The notes beneath the pieces were generated by a model, which was not told the DNA's origin, did no database searches, and saw nothing but the letters and a program-made list of their open reading frames with translations. The translations under genes were made by a program, and so were the position numbers. From a virus, in the UHGV virus genome UHGV-1358930: a stretch of 64,000 nt of DNA, one strand, 5' to 3'. Every line of letters begins with the position of its first letter. Within the stretch, counting starts at the first letter, position 1. This document shows positions 1-9,936 of the stretch, one piece after another.

Positions 1-1338
1 GATTATAAAAAAGCCATAGAACTGGGTCATTACATCGGTTTTCTAGGTCACCCAAGCGATGTAAATTGCATGGATTTCAAAGATGCCTGTATTGTGATGA
101 CAGAAGGTCATATTGCAGATAACGGCAAGGTTTATGGTGAATTCAATCTGATTGATACTCCTGTAGGTAGAATCGTGAAATCATTCATAGACGCAGGGGT
201 AACATTCGGCATATCTGTAAGAGGCGCTGGAGATATTATACATAATTCCGTAGATCCCGAAACTTTTGTATTCAGAGGGTTTGATCTGGTAGCTTTCCCC
301 GCATTCCCTGAGAGTATTCCAAAATTTATTGCAGCGTCTGCGGATGGTCAGCAAAAATATAAATCAATCTGTGCATCTGTTAAATCTAATCTTAAGGACA
401 TTACAAGCTGCTCTACACTGCATACACTGTCTCATCAGTTTGCACAGATGTCCGATGTATACGAAGATATTCAGAACAGAATCGCTGAACTTTCAGAAGA
501 ATCAACTGATTCTGGTGAACTTCCAGATAATCCTGCAGCTGAAGAAGTTCTACAGGATAACGATGAATCTATTTGTCAGGCAGTAGCTCAAGAAAAGATT
601 GATGCGCTAACTAAGCTCTATGTAGAACAGCTACGTAGATCAAAAGAACTAGAATCTCAACTAAAAGCGCAGACAGTTCAATGCGCTAGAAAGCTATCTA
701 CTATGAATAGACTTGTAAATGAGCAGATAAGATCTGCGGTAAGCGCACGATACAAAGCAGAGTATGATAAAACATCTGCTATAACTGCGCATAAACAAAC
801 TATCGAGAAGCTCAAGTCCTCCATAGCTGTAGAGAAAGATGAATTTGCAAGTTATAGAAAGTCAGCTAGTAGAGAAATTTCTGATATTAAAAAACGTATA
901 ACTTCCGCTAAAGAATTGAACCTTAAATATCTTCAGAAAATAAGAGCCAATGAATCTGATATCAAATCTAAAGATGAATTGATCTCCTCATTGAAAAGTC
1001 AGCTGCATGAAACTGTCACCGCATCTGAAAAACTCAAAAGAGGGCAATCAAACCTTGATGCAGAATTAACTTCATACAGAGATAAGATATCTGAATGCAG
1101 AAGAATGCTAACAGAATATCAAAAAGCATATTCTGAATTGTATTCACAGGCAGTTGGCGCTGATTCTAAAAATATCAAAATCACAGCTTCAACAGACGTA
1201 TCTTCTTTAAAGGCAGCAGTAAGGGAGTCCATCAAATACAATCCAGTTGTTCGAGATGAACCTACTGAAGCAGATATAGAAGATATGCAAGATATCGACT
1301 ATTCAGATTATTCCGATTCCGATATCGTATCAATGTAA
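1..1338 (+). CDS. 5'-partial scaffold-like protein with an N-terminal globular domain and a long charged coiled coil; possibly a prohead protease/scaffold fusion.
   Basis: The frame is open from nucleotide 1, so the gene begins upstream of the window. Residues ~170-400 are heptad-like and rich in K, E and Q. It lies immediately upstream of the putative capsid gene. Confidence 0.4.
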   Translation, partial: DYKKAIELGHYIGFLGHPSDVNCMDFKDACIVMTEGHIADNGKVYGEFNLIDTPVGRIVKSFIDAGVTFGISVRGAGDIIHNSVDPETFVFRGFDLVAFPAFPESIPKFIAASADGQQKYKSICASVKSNLKDITSCSTLHTLSHQFAQMSDVYEDIQNRIAELSEESTDSGELPDNPAAEEVLQDNDESICQAVAQEKIDALTKLYVEQLRRSKELESQLKAQTVQCARKLSTMNRLVNEQIRSAVSARYKAEYDKTSAITAHKQTIEKLKSSIAVEKDEFASYRKSASREISDIKKRITSAKELNLKYLQKIRANESDIKSKDELISSLKSQLHETVTASEKLKRGQSNLDAELTSYRDKISECRRMLTEYQKAYSELYSQAVGADSKNIKITASTDVSSLKAAVRESIKYNPVVRDEPTEADIEDMQDIDYSDYSDSDIVSM

Positions 1339-1368
1339 ATTAAAACTTAATAAGGAGTGCATAATAAT

Positions 1369-2745
1369 ATGATTACAAGACGTAATCCGGCTCAGATGGG
1401 CAACGGTCGCAGACCAATCCGAGCAAGCCGGAGCATCACCTCTAACGTACAGAATAGAAATAATCGTTCCATCATGGCAGCAACGAATCTTACCCCGGCT
1501 CAGAGAGCATTTGCTTCTCAGCTTCAGAGAAACTGTAATCGTTCTTCTGCTATCATGGCAGCTACGAATACGTCAAACATCATGACTCGTCCGGAATTCA
1601 CGGAGCTTCTTCCGATGTTTGTTCAGCAGCTTATCATCACTGATATTGCTGGTTCTGTTGCAATGAAGTCTCGTCAGCAGCTCATTCCATATTTCAAGTT
1701 TATCGCTGAAAACACCAAGGGTGAGACGAAGGCAGGTACTGTTCTTGCTTCTCCGTTTGCTAACCGTCAGGGCGTAGATCCTAACTTCACGGGTCGTGTA
1801 GTAAAGAACGAAACGGTTGAAGATCAGCTGATGTATACTCCGGTCCTTCCGGGTACTGTCACTATCAAGACTGAGGCTGGTGTATATGTCGATAAGGGTG
1901 ATGGTAAACTCTACGACAAGAACATGACTGAGAACGGCACCATTGAGTATGGTACAGGTGCAATCACAGGCATTGACGGCGATATGGTAGCTACTTACCA
2001 GTACGACAATGAGACTGTTGGTCCTGACACGAATAGCCAGTATGGCGCAAAGATGGGAAAGGGCTACCTCCAGCTAGACGAGCTCAACCTCGTAGCTGAA
2101 GCACATGAGCTTGCTTGCTACCACAGTGTATTCTCTGCATTTGCTGCACAGCAGGAATATGGCGCATCTATCGCTGATATGCAGAAGGAAGCTGCTATTG
2201 GTGAAATCACCGCAGAGATCAACACGAACTGCCTTGATCAGCTTGCAAAGGCTGCTTCTTACAAGCCGCAGTTCAACTGGGACGCATCTCCGGTACTTTC
2301 TGGTTCAGTTGTTCCGTCCGACTACCTCAACATGTTCAAGCTGAAGCTCGGTCAGGCTGCTGCTTCTGTCTATCAGCAGACAAGAATGACTCGCCCGAAT
2401 AGACTTGTTGTAGGTACCACGGCTGCTGAATACATATCCATGATCAACGGCTTCCAGTCTGCAGGCGATCACGCCGATGAAGTAGGTCCGTATCATCTTG
2501 GTAAGCTTGATGCATTCGAAATCTATGTCAATCCGTCTTACAATCCGGATACATGGGTTATGTGTTCTAAGTCTAACGACCTTAGAAAGAACAGCTGCCT
2601 ATTCGGCGAATATATGCCTGTCATGACTACCGATGCCATCGGTCTTGCCAACATGTCTGTACAGCAGGGATATGCTACGATGTACGCATTCAAATGCACA
2701 GTACCAGAAACGATCGTCAGCGGCAAAATCCTTGGAACATTCTAA
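1369..2745 (+). CDS. Putative major capsid protein.
   Basis: An AAGGAG ribosome-binding site sits 11 nt upstream of the ATG at 1369. The ~458 aa product follows the scaffold-like gene and is followed directly by a strong terminator. Assignment is by position and size only. Confidence 0.45.
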   Translation: MITRRNPAQMGNGRRPIRASRSITSNVQNRNNRSIMAATNLTPAQRAFASQLQRNCNRSSAIMAATNTSNIMTRPEFTELLPMFVQQLIITDIAGSVAMKSRQQLIPYFKFIAENTKGETKAGTVLASPFANRQGVDPNFTGRVVKNETVEDQLMYTPVLPGTVTIKTEAGVYVDKGDGKLYDKNMTENGTIEYGTGAITGIDGDMVATYQYDNETVGPDTNSQYGAKMGKGYLQLDELNLVAEAHELACYHSVFSAFAAQQEYGASIADMQKEAAIGEITAEINTNCLDQLAKAASYKPQFNWDASPVLSGSVVPSDYLNMFKLKLGQAAASVYQQTRMTRPNRLVVGTTAAEYISMINGFQSAGDHADEVGPYHLGKLDAFEIYVNPSYNPDTWVMCSKSNDLRKNSCLFGEYMPVMTTDAIGLANMSVQQGYATMYAFKCTVPETIVSGKILGTF

Positions 2746-2772
2746 TCTATAGTTTAATAAGTAGATAAATCT

Positions 2773-2810
2773 TAGCCTAAGTTCTAACGAGCTTAGGCTA
2801 ATTTTTTTTG
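2773..2810. terminator. Rho-independent terminator.
   Basis: A GC stem agcctaag/cttaggct is followed by a T8 run. Confidence 0.75.
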
Positions 2811-2853
2811 TTGTTTTGAGTTGAATCGTTAAGATTATTGGAGATGATAACAA

Positions 2854-4722
2854 TTGGCTATCGCTAAAGTTCCAGATGATTTATTTAAAATATGTCAAAC
2901 TTGTGGTGAAAAATTCCACCCTAACACATACAGACAACGTAATTGTGGTAAAACAAGAACTAAAACATGTCCAATATGTGGCAAGGATTTTACATATACA
3001 TGTACTCCGGAAGGATCAAAGAAGAAAACATGTTCCAGAAAGTGTGCAGATCAATTCGCTGAACAAGTTAGAGAATCTAAGTCATCCGCAGTTAAAAAAG
3101 CTTGTGAGTACTGCGGCAAACTATTTACACCTAAAACAAAGTTTGATAGATACTGCTCAGGTCCTCACTACAAGAAGTGTGTAGTTTGCGGAAAAGAATT
3201 TGAGTTTGACATACTATACTACAAAGGAATAAAGACATGTTCTAAAGAATGCAGATATAAGCTTGCAACAGATAATAGAGATATTCCTACTATGGTGCAA
3301 AATCTAGAAAGCACAATGCTTATGAAATACGGCGTCAAGCATGCTATGGATATTCCTGGTGTAGTAGATAAAATAAAAGAAACAAACAGAGCTAGATATA
3401 GAAGTGATTGGTATACGCAGACCGATGAATACAAGCAATCTGTAGAACAGACTTCACTGGCTAACTACGGAGTTAAGCACTTTCTTTCTAGTGAAGAAGT
3501 AAAGTCAAAACGAAGAGATACGTGTAAAGAAAAATATGGAGTGGATAATGTATCAAAATCTCCTGAGATTCAAGAACGAATAAAAGAAACATATGCTAAG
3601 AAATTCGGTTTAGAGAACGTGAGCCAGACACGAATCGGCAATATATCTGAATGGGTACAATTCAAAGCAGACCCTAAAAAATATCTAGAGACTACATTTG
3701 ATAACGCTCCTACGATACAAGATCTTTGTTTGTATTTTGGCTGCTGTAGTGCGTCATTGTACAACGCGATCAAAGGTGTAGATGTCAGTAATCTAATTAA
3801 GCATACTAGTTCAAACGTAGAATCCGAAATAATTGATTGTTTGAAATTTATTTCGCCTGAATCTAACGTGATAAGAAATTGTAGATCGATCATATCTCCG
3901 TATGAAATTGATATTTATCTACCAGAATTGAAGTTAGGAATTGAATGTGATCCAACAGTAACTCATAATTCATCTGTTTCAGATCCCTGGGGTCAGCCTC
4001 CAAAAGATAGTAAGTATCATCAAATGAAAACAGATATGTGTGAATCACAAGGTGTCAGACTTATTCATCTATTTGGATACGAATGGAACCATAAACGTGC
4101 TATCATGGAATCTATTTTACGGAATGTATTGGGTAAAAATGATAGGCGAATTTATGCAAGAAAGTGTGAGTTGCGTGAAGTTTCTTATACAGACAGTAAA
4201 GTGTTTCTGATTGCTAATCATAGACAAGGCTTTGCAAATTCGTCTGTTAGACTTGGACTATACTATCAGAATGAATTAGTTTCACTTATGACATTTGGCA
4301 AGATTCGACGAACTATTGGAGCAAACAAAGATGTTGACGGTTGGGAACTTGTCAGATTCTGTAATGCGTTGAATACCTCAGTTGTAGGTGGAGCTTCTAA
4401 GTTATTCAAACATTTTGTAGATACATACCATCCTGAAGTTATACTATCATTCTCAGACAGAGCGCATACAACCGGTAACTTGTACCAAACTTTAGGATTT
4501 ACAGAGAAGAGCAGATCTGCTCCTGGATATGTTTGGGTAGATGAATTAACTGATATCGCATACAACCGTGTCAATGCACAAAAGCATAACTTAAAGAAAT
4601 TTTTGAACGATGATAACATCGATTTAACAAAAACTGAAGCTCAGATAATGGAGGAACACGGATTCGTGAGAGTATACGACAGCGGTGTAATAACATGGCA
4701 GTGGAACAAACCGATGAAGTAG
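2854..4722 (+). CDS. Multi-zinc-ribbon protein with four tandem FCS/TRASH-like fingers at the N-terminus, KYGV-type repeats in the middle and a C-terminal domain of unknown function.
   Basis: Repeated C-x2-C-G-K-x-F...(T/F)CS-x2-C units occur in residues 14-130. Repeated KYGVKH/KYGVDN units occur in residues ~150-250. The start codon is TTG, preceded by GGAG. Confidence 0.4.
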   Translation: MAIAKVPDDLFKICQTCGEKFHPNTYRQRNCGKTRTKTCPICGKDFTYTCTPEGSKKKTCSRKCADQFAEQVRESKSSAVKKACEYCGKLFTPKTKFDRYCSGPHYKKCVVCGKEFEFDILYYKGIKTCSKECRYKLATDNRDIPTMVQNLESTMLMKYGVKHAMDIPGVVDKIKETNRARYRSDWYTQTDEYKQSVEQTSLANYGVKHFLSSEEVKSKRRDTCKEKYGVDNVSKSPEIQERIKETYAKKFGLENVSQTRIGNISEWVQFKADPKKYLETTFDNAPTIQDLCLYFGCCSASLYNAIKGVDVSNLIKHTSSNVESEIIDCLKFISPESNVIRNCRSIISPYEIDIYLPELKLGIECDPTVTHNSSVSDPWGQPPKDSKYHQMKTDMCESQGVRLIHLFGYEWNHKRAIMESILRNVLGKNDRRIYARKCELREVSYTDSKVFLIANHRQGFANSSVRLGLYYQNELVSLMTFGKIRRTIGANKDVDGWELVRFCNALNTSVVGGASKLFKHFVDTYHPEVILSFSDRAHTTGNLYQTLGFTEKSRSAPGYVWVDELTDIAYNRVNAQKHNLKKFLNDDNIDLTKTEAQIMEEHGFVRVYDSGVITWQWNKPMK

Positions 4723-4805
4723 ATATAGAAGAGTCTGCAGAGGATTAGTTTGTATCGTTAATTTGATTATCAACAAATTCATCTATCAAGGAAGGAATAA
4801 AATAA

Positions 4806-5207
4806 ATGAGCAGAGAATACGAATTTGAATTCAACAGTTATGTACCTCCCAAATACACATACAAAGTTCGCTACAAGGATAAAATGTATTTATTTGATAA
4901 GCTATCCGAATGCTGTAAGTTCTTGAATTCCTTAGACGTACTAGATAGACCAATAAATACTAATAAATTATTGAAGTATCTGAAACATATTGAAGACGGT
5001 TCTTACTCAGCTAAAGTTCCAGATTTTATTCGTAGTAATGTTCGCAGAGAAGAGTTACCTTACAAAATTTGTGAATATTGCGGAAAGAAGATTTATTTAG
5101 GCAGACCGTATTTTATGAGAGATTACAGAAGCAATGTATTCTGCTCTCCAAGATGCCTCGCGTATCATGATAACTCCATCAGACGAATTGATGATTGGCA
5201 AGGTTGA
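4806..5207 (+). CDS. Small FCS/TRASH-type zinc-ribbon protein, paralog 1.
   Basis: The C-terminus carries CEYCGKKIY...FCSPRC, a C-x2-C-x20-FCS-x2-C motif. Confidence 0.5.
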   Translation: MSREYEFEFNSYVPPKYTYKVRYKDKMYLFDKLSECCKFLNSLDVLDRPINTNKLLKYLKHIEDGSYSAKVPDFIRSNVRREELPYKICEYCGKKIYLGRPYFMRDYRSNVFCSPRCLAYHDNSIRRIDDWQG

Positions 5208-5335
5208 TACTTACTAGCGACGGATTGTTATTTAGTAATTTCGTCGCTCATATTTTCAGAATTTAAAAATTTATAAATCGTTAATAATTGTACAAATAGA
5301 TCAAATAGATCAAATAAATCGGAGGAACATCATAC

Positions 5336-5710
5336 ATGGCAGCTAGAGGAAACAACAAGTATTACTACTACATCAAAGGTGTAAACAAAAAATTTACTAC
5401 ATCTCGAGAAGTTTGTAGGTATCTAAAAATTTACCTAAATGTAGCTATATACGAAACAGAGCTATTGAAGTTGCTGAATCATCCAGATCAAGTATTCAAA
5501 TTCGATTTTGATAAGTCCTGGGTTATCGACAACGTATACAGAGAGGAAGTGCCGCATACATATTGTAATAGATGTGGAAAGCGCATATATCAAGGCTCAA
5601 ACGTCTTCCACAGATCTGGAGCAGAATTCAAAGACAAACTATTCTGCTCTATTAGATGTTTTGCACTAGAATACACAGATTTAGTCGAATCTACCTATCA
5701 TCCTCAGTAA
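5336..5710 (+). CDS. Small FCS/TRASH-type zinc-ribbon protein, paralog 2.
   Basis: The C-terminus carries CNRCGKRIY...FCSIRC. The N-terminus is a YYYY-rich domain similar to paralog 3. Confidence 0.5.
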   Translation: MAARGNNKYYYYIKGVNKKFTTSREVCRYLKIYLNVAIYETELLKLLNHPDQVFKFDFDKSWVIDNVYREEVPHTYCNRCGKRIYQGSNVFHRSGAEFKDKLFCSIRCFALEYTDLVESTYHPQ

Positions 5711-5768
5711 AACTCAGTTCAGTAAAATCAATTTAACTCAATAATATCAACATACCAGGAGGTACAAC

Positions 5769-6710
5769 ATGACAAGAGAAAAACAGTTAGAAACACTTCA
5801 TAAGATCCGTGATCTCAACTTCAGCATCGCGTGGAATTATGATGAACTTAGACGTGAGCAGAATCGATGTTTTCAGTCTCCTCCGGCAGCACCTACAATG
5901 CCAGAAATCAGAAAGTCATATCCTGTTGTGAAATCTAATAGGAAATATGACTGGAAAACAAGTTTTGGTGTAATGGGAGCAGGTCTACTTTTGAGCATTA
6001 TGTTCATTACAATTTCGTCGATCATTCCTATCGGATTTTTCTGGTATCTGTCGTCTCTTGCAAACATCTTTTTCGCATGCGCTGCTATCATTTGGCCTAT
6101 CGGATTTACAGTTTGGTGGTATGAAAAACGTAAGCAAGATGTAAACAACATTTTAAACTCTGCAGAGTACAAAGCCAAATGCGCACAGATTGATTTAGAA
6201 TACAAAGCAGCTGTGGAAAAAGCAACTAATACATATAATAATGCTGTACATGAATATAAAACAGTTACTATTCCGAAGTATGAAGAAGAGAAACGTAAAT
6301 TTGAAGAAGTCAGAAATTCGGCTGTACGAGAATTGAAGCACAAGCTGTCTGAAGACAATGCAGAGCTAAATTCCCTTTACGATTCAACTAAGATTCTGCC
6401 TAGTCCGTACAGAAGTATCAAAGCTATTGAATTTATCACGAACTACATGGATACGTCTGATGCCTCACTTGAAGATGCAATTCTTAGCTATGACAGAAAT
6501 CTTCAGCTGGATCTTGATAATCAGAAGCTTTCTGAGCAGATTAGAGAGAATGATATCAAAGATAGAATGGCGAATGCACAGGAAGCTGCAAATGACATCG
6601 CTGAGCGAAATAACGAAATTGCTGAACAGACAAGACGTGATGCAAACCGAGCAGCGTTTATTGCTGCAGTACAGAGACATAATACTAACAAACACCTCAA
6701 ACGAATGTGA
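5769..6710 (+). CDS. Membrane protein with two transmembrane helices and a C-terminal coiled coil.
   Basis: Hydrophobic stretches at residues ~70-95 and ~100-120 are followed by a charged helical tail. Confidence 0.4.
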   Translation: MTREKQLETLHKIRDLNFSIAWNYDELRREQNRCFQSPPAAPTMPEIRKSYPVVKSNRKYDWKTSFGVMGAGLLLSIMFITISSIIPIGFFWYLSSLANIFFACAAIIWPIGFTVWWYEKRKQDVNNILNSAEYKAKCAQIDLEYKAAVEKATNTYNNAVHEYKTVTIPKYEEEKRKFEEVRNSAVRELKHKLSEDNAELNSLYDSTKILPSPYRSIKAIEFITNYMDTSDASLEDAILSYDRNLQLDLDNQKLSEQIRENDIKDRMANAQEAANDIAERNNEIAEQTRRDANRAAFIAAVQRHNTNKHLKRM

Positions 6711-6745
6711 TTCAGATAAACAAAATAGAAAGGATGTAAACAATT

Positions 6746-7153
6746 ATGGTCGCATCTCCAAGATACTATTACTACGTGAATAACACTCGGTTTAACTCTG
6801 CTTCAGAAGCTGTAGCATATATCAACTCGAATGGATTCTGCGATAAACGTATCACAGACTCTCATCTCCGTATTATGCTCAATTATCTGGAGCACCCGAC
6901 CAAGCCTATTAAAGTCTGGCCGTGGATACGAGACCATGTCAAGCGAGAGTTAGTTCCATACATTGAATGCAGCTTCTGCAGGAAACCTATCTATGTAGGA
7001 GAATCTTATGTAACATTTAATGATGTAGATCATGGTATTCATAGATTTTGTTCTACGCATTGCGGTGCAATGTATAACCACAAGCAGATCAAGTATGAGA
7101 CTGTAACTCTGGCAGATACAAACCCTATGAATATTCCGGAAGAACTTCAGTAA
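6746..7153 (+). CDS. Small FCS/TRASH-type zinc-ribbon protein, paralog 3.
   Basis: The C-terminus carries CSFCRKPIY...FCSTHC. Confidence 0.5.
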   Translation: MVASPRYYYYVNNTRFNSASEAVAYINSNGFCDKRITDSHLRIMLNYLEHPTKPIKVWPWIRDHVKRELVPYIECSFCRKPIYVGESYVTFNDVDHGIHRFCSTHCGAMYNHKQIKYETVTLADTNPMNIPEELQ

Positions 7154-7155
7154 TC

Positions 7156-7794
7156 ATGAAATACATATATAGATGTGGATCACGCTTATTTGATGATGCA
7201 GCAGCTTGCGCAGCATATATAAAATCTACGCTGAATCTGTCATATATGACATCAAATCTGTTGCTAGATATTGTTGCTGGCAAAACAACAGGACAAGATA
7301 GCAAGACTGTAAATTGGATAAAAAAGCATGTAGAGCAGCTTCCTTCTCCTTACATACCTTGCTGTCGATGCGATAGACCAATATATACAGGTGATTGGAT
7401 ATACACAGCAGGTAAATCAGATAATATGGTGTTCTGTAGCGTAAATTGTTTGGCCAGCTATTATTTGACCATAACAAAACGTAAATTCAAGTTAGGAGAA
7501 GCTTTAACCAACATTTCTGATGACAATGAACTAATCGAAAATTGCAATCTGTCTAAACGAACTAAGTATGCGCTGCTTCGATCCGGATACAGTACACTAG
7601 GAAAAGTTGCAAGGTTATCTTTCATGGATACTGAGGCAATACGAGGATTTGGATCTACGTGCTTAGCAGAATTGATGAATTTCCTGGAAGATAATTCATT
7701 CGATATAACTAGTTTATATCCGCCAGATGAGCGTAGATATCTAAGAAAGCGTCAATCTGTAGAAATCATTCGTGAGAGGTTAAGAAAACAATGA
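7156..7794 (+). CDS. FCS/TRASH-type zinc-ribbon protein, paralog 4, with a C-terminal helix-hairpin-helix resembling the RNA polymerase alpha C-terminal domain.
   Basis: The zinc motif is CCRCDRPIY...FCSVNC. The C-terminal stretch LSKRTKYALLRSGYSTLGKVARLSFMDTEAIRGFGSTCLAELMNFL looks like an alpha-CTD HhH. Confidence 0.45.
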   Translation: MKYIYRCGSRLFDDAAACAAYIKSTLNLSYMTSNLLLDIVAGKTTGQDSKTVNWIKKHVEQLPSPYIPCCRCDRPIYTGDWIYTAGKSDNMVFCSVNCLASYYLTITKRKFKLGEALTNISDDNELIENCNLSKRTKYALLRSGYSTLGKVARLSFMDTEAIRGFGSTCLAELMNFLEDNSFDITSLYPPDERRYLRKRQSVEIIRERLRKQ

Positions 7795-7979
7795 GCGTGC
7801 AAGAACGAATCAAATTAGCTGAAAAATCTTACGAATACAAAAACGTAACAATAAACTGCTATGCCTATGGTTGGTTCATTTACTACATAGATAGAAACAT
7901 GGTCTATCCGATGAAGCAACGTGTGAACTTTGCTACTAGCGAGGAAGCAGAAGAATTCATCGACACACATATACTGTAG
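7791..7979 (+). CDS. Hypothetical small protein.
   Basis: The ORF overlaps the upstream stop codon and lies in the same orientation as its neighbours. Confidence 0.3.
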   Translation: MSVQERIKLAEKSYEYKNVTINCYAYGWFIYYIDRNMVYPMKQRVNFATSEEAEEFIDTHIL

Positions 7980-8112
7980 TACAATATTGTAAGCATACTG
8001 GTGAACCTTATATTTTACGTGAAGGTCACTCAAGCAGTAATGTTGTGGCCTAGATTAAATCGCCTATTAGATACTAGGCAATGAATTAAAAATCGTTTTG
8101 GAGGTTTTATCA

Positions 8113-8517
8113 ATGAGCTACAAGATTACTGTTAAGTATGTAAAGCCGGTTCAGGCTGAAGCTTCTATTCCGACTTATCCAATTGCACCTGAATTCATTC
8201 TAGGTACATCTTATGTGGATCAGGAAGCTTTCCGGAAGGGCATCGATGATGCAGCATACCCGAGGAACATCTGGGGCATGAACAATGTAGGCATGGCAGA
8301 CTCTATCGAGCAGTTCCTCGGTGAAGTTTCTGTACATCCTGGCGTTGTCTTTGCTTGCAAGTCTGCTATTATGTCTGCTCAAGCTGCAGCTGCTGCCGCT
8401 ACTGAAGACAAGGGCTACGAGTTTGAGGCTGCAGATTATAAAGACAAGATGCTTTACGAAGACGCTGCTCGTGCTCTAAAGGATCAGGGTTTTGAAATCA
8501 CCGTTTCCCCTATGTAA
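8113..8517 (+). CDS. Hypothetical protein, possibly structural; may be fused to the downstream ORF by a frameshift.
   Basis: A GGAGG ribosome-binding site precedes the ATG at 8113. A second reading frame is open from 8496 onward across this gene's stop codon. Confidence 0.4.
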   Translation: MSYKITVKYVKPVQAEASIPTYPIAPEFILGTSYVDQEAFRKGIDDAAYPRNIWGMNNVGMADSIEQFLGEVSVHPGVVFACKSAIMSAQAAAAAATEDKGYEFEAADYKDKMLYEDAARALKDQGFEITVSPM

Positions 8518-8603
8518 AGGGTCAAGTAGATATTACATCGGCTGATAGTGAAGATGCAATTCAACGAGCTATTTCAAATAACCCGAGTAACGCATATATT
8601 CAC

Positions 8604-9197
8604 TTGACCCAAAACGTAGCGCAGAGCGGAATTCAAACGGAAGCAGGATCCAATGTAACGCTTGATCTAGATGGACACACCATTACATGTGTCGCTCCAT
8701 TTGTAGGTTCTTCTGAGGAATATACAAATGGTATGAGATTCATGAAAGGATCAAACGTAGTTATAAAGAACGGTACGATCAAAGCAATCTCACCCATGTT
8801 GGCTATACTTATTCAAAACTTTTCGGATAGTTTAGTTTTGGACAATGTCACGCTACAAGGTAAACTTGCTACGCAGTACATTCTTTCTAATAATTACGGA
8901 CATGTAACTCTGAAGAACAACACAGTTGTTAAAGCTTCTGGAGGACATGTCGCATTTGATGCGCATTACGGACTGTCTGAAGAATACGACGATGGATGTA
9001 CTGTCACTATTGCCGATAACACAGTTAAGATTGTTGGCGAAGTAGAGTACACTAAATCAGATAGATGTTCTGAAGAAAACTTCTTCGCAAAAACGCACAT
9101 CTACATTCCTTCAGATTATACACTCACTGCTCCTGCTGGATTTGAATTCAAGCTTACAGCAGATGGTACACAAAAAGAGCTAGTTAAGGCTCAGTAA
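8604..9197 (+). CDS. Hypothetical beta-helix-like protein whose frame is open upstream to 8496; the start codon is unclear.
   Basis: No ribosome-binding site precedes TTG at 8604. Translation of the 36 codons upstream is protein-like (..SADSEDAIQRAISNNPSNAYIHLTQN..). Confidence 0.4.
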   Translation: MTQNVAQSGIQTEAGSNVTLDLDGHTITCVAPFVGSSEEYTNGMRFMKGSNVVIKNGTIKAISPMLAILIQNFSDSLVLDNVTLQGKLATQYILSNNYGHVTLKNNTVVKASGGHVAFDAHYGLSEEYDDGCTVTIADNTVKIVGEVEYTKSDRCSEENFFAKTHIYIPSDYTLTAPAGFEFKLTADGTQKELVKAQ

Positions 9198-9214
9198 GAT
9201 AGGAGGCCTAGTAC

Positions 9215-9925
9215 ATGACGATGGATGAAATAACAGAACAGGTAGGATTTATGCTAGGCCTCCCTACTAACGAAAACGTAGAAGAAGTAGATCTGAGAAA
9301 AGCTGTATTGATTGCATTTCGAGAGCTCAAGCGCTATATACGTCAATCAGTTGAAAAAACTATTCCGTTTCAAACTAGAATTGATCTAGTAAAGAATGGC
9401 ATTCATACAAAAACAGTATTGAATGTCCAATCAGCTAGCCCAAGAATAGGGTTGACGCTAAGTAATATTGATAGCGCAAATGTATTCCAAGCTGCAATGG
9501 CTGTGAAGACATACAGCGGAATCGGAAATAATCGAAACATCAATATTGATCCAATTCTAACTGAGATGGCAATGGCACAAGTTCGAAATACAATCTCTAC
9601 GGATTTTCAATGGAAATTTGATCCATACAATCAAGTTGTATATGTAACACATCGAGATCCAATACCTGCAATGATTACAATAAGATATGTGCCGGACCTG
9701 CAGGATGTATCAGAAATCCAAGGAAATACTTGGATAGATTATCTTGTCAGAATGAGCATAGCTTTTGCTAAGATATCATTAGGTAGATCCCGATCCAAAT
9801 ATACAATTGAAGGCTCAAATGTAACGCTTGACGGAGACACACTTCTGTCAGAAGCTAATGCTGAGCTAGAAACAATACGAACTGAATTGAATGATAAGAA
9901 AAATAAACTTATAGTATTAAATTAA
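9215..9925 (+). CDS. Hypothetical protein.
   Basis: An AGGAGG ribosome-binding site precedes a 236 aa ORF. Confidence 0.4.
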   Translation: MTMDEITEQVGFMLGLPTNENVEEVDLRKAVLIAFRELKRYIRQSVEKTIPFQTRIDLVKNGIHTKTVLNVQSASPRIGLTLSNIDSANVFQAAMAVKTYSGIGNNRNINIDPILTEMAMAQVRNTISTDFQWKFDPYNQVVYVTHRDPIPAMITIRYVPDLQDVSEIQGNTWIDYLVRMSIAFAKISLGRSRSKYTIEGSNVTLDGDTLLSEANAELETIRTELNDKKNKLIVLN

Positions 9926-9936
9926 GGAGGCCAAAT

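Noticed and set aside
329-586. An alternative-frame ORF (85 aa) inside the scaffold gene.
   Set aside because: It is embedded in the coiled-coil coding region in another frame, has no ribosome-binding site and is of low complexity. It is taken as spurious.
2305-2853. Minus-strand ORFs of 60-160 aa across the window, for example 2305-2496, 2599-2853, 5873-6358, 50720-51232 and 55287-55754.
   Set aside because: All lie inside well-supported + strand genes. They have no ribosome-binding sites and reflect the open reverse frame of AT-rich or repeat-rich coding sequence. No minus-strand gene is supported anywhere in the window.
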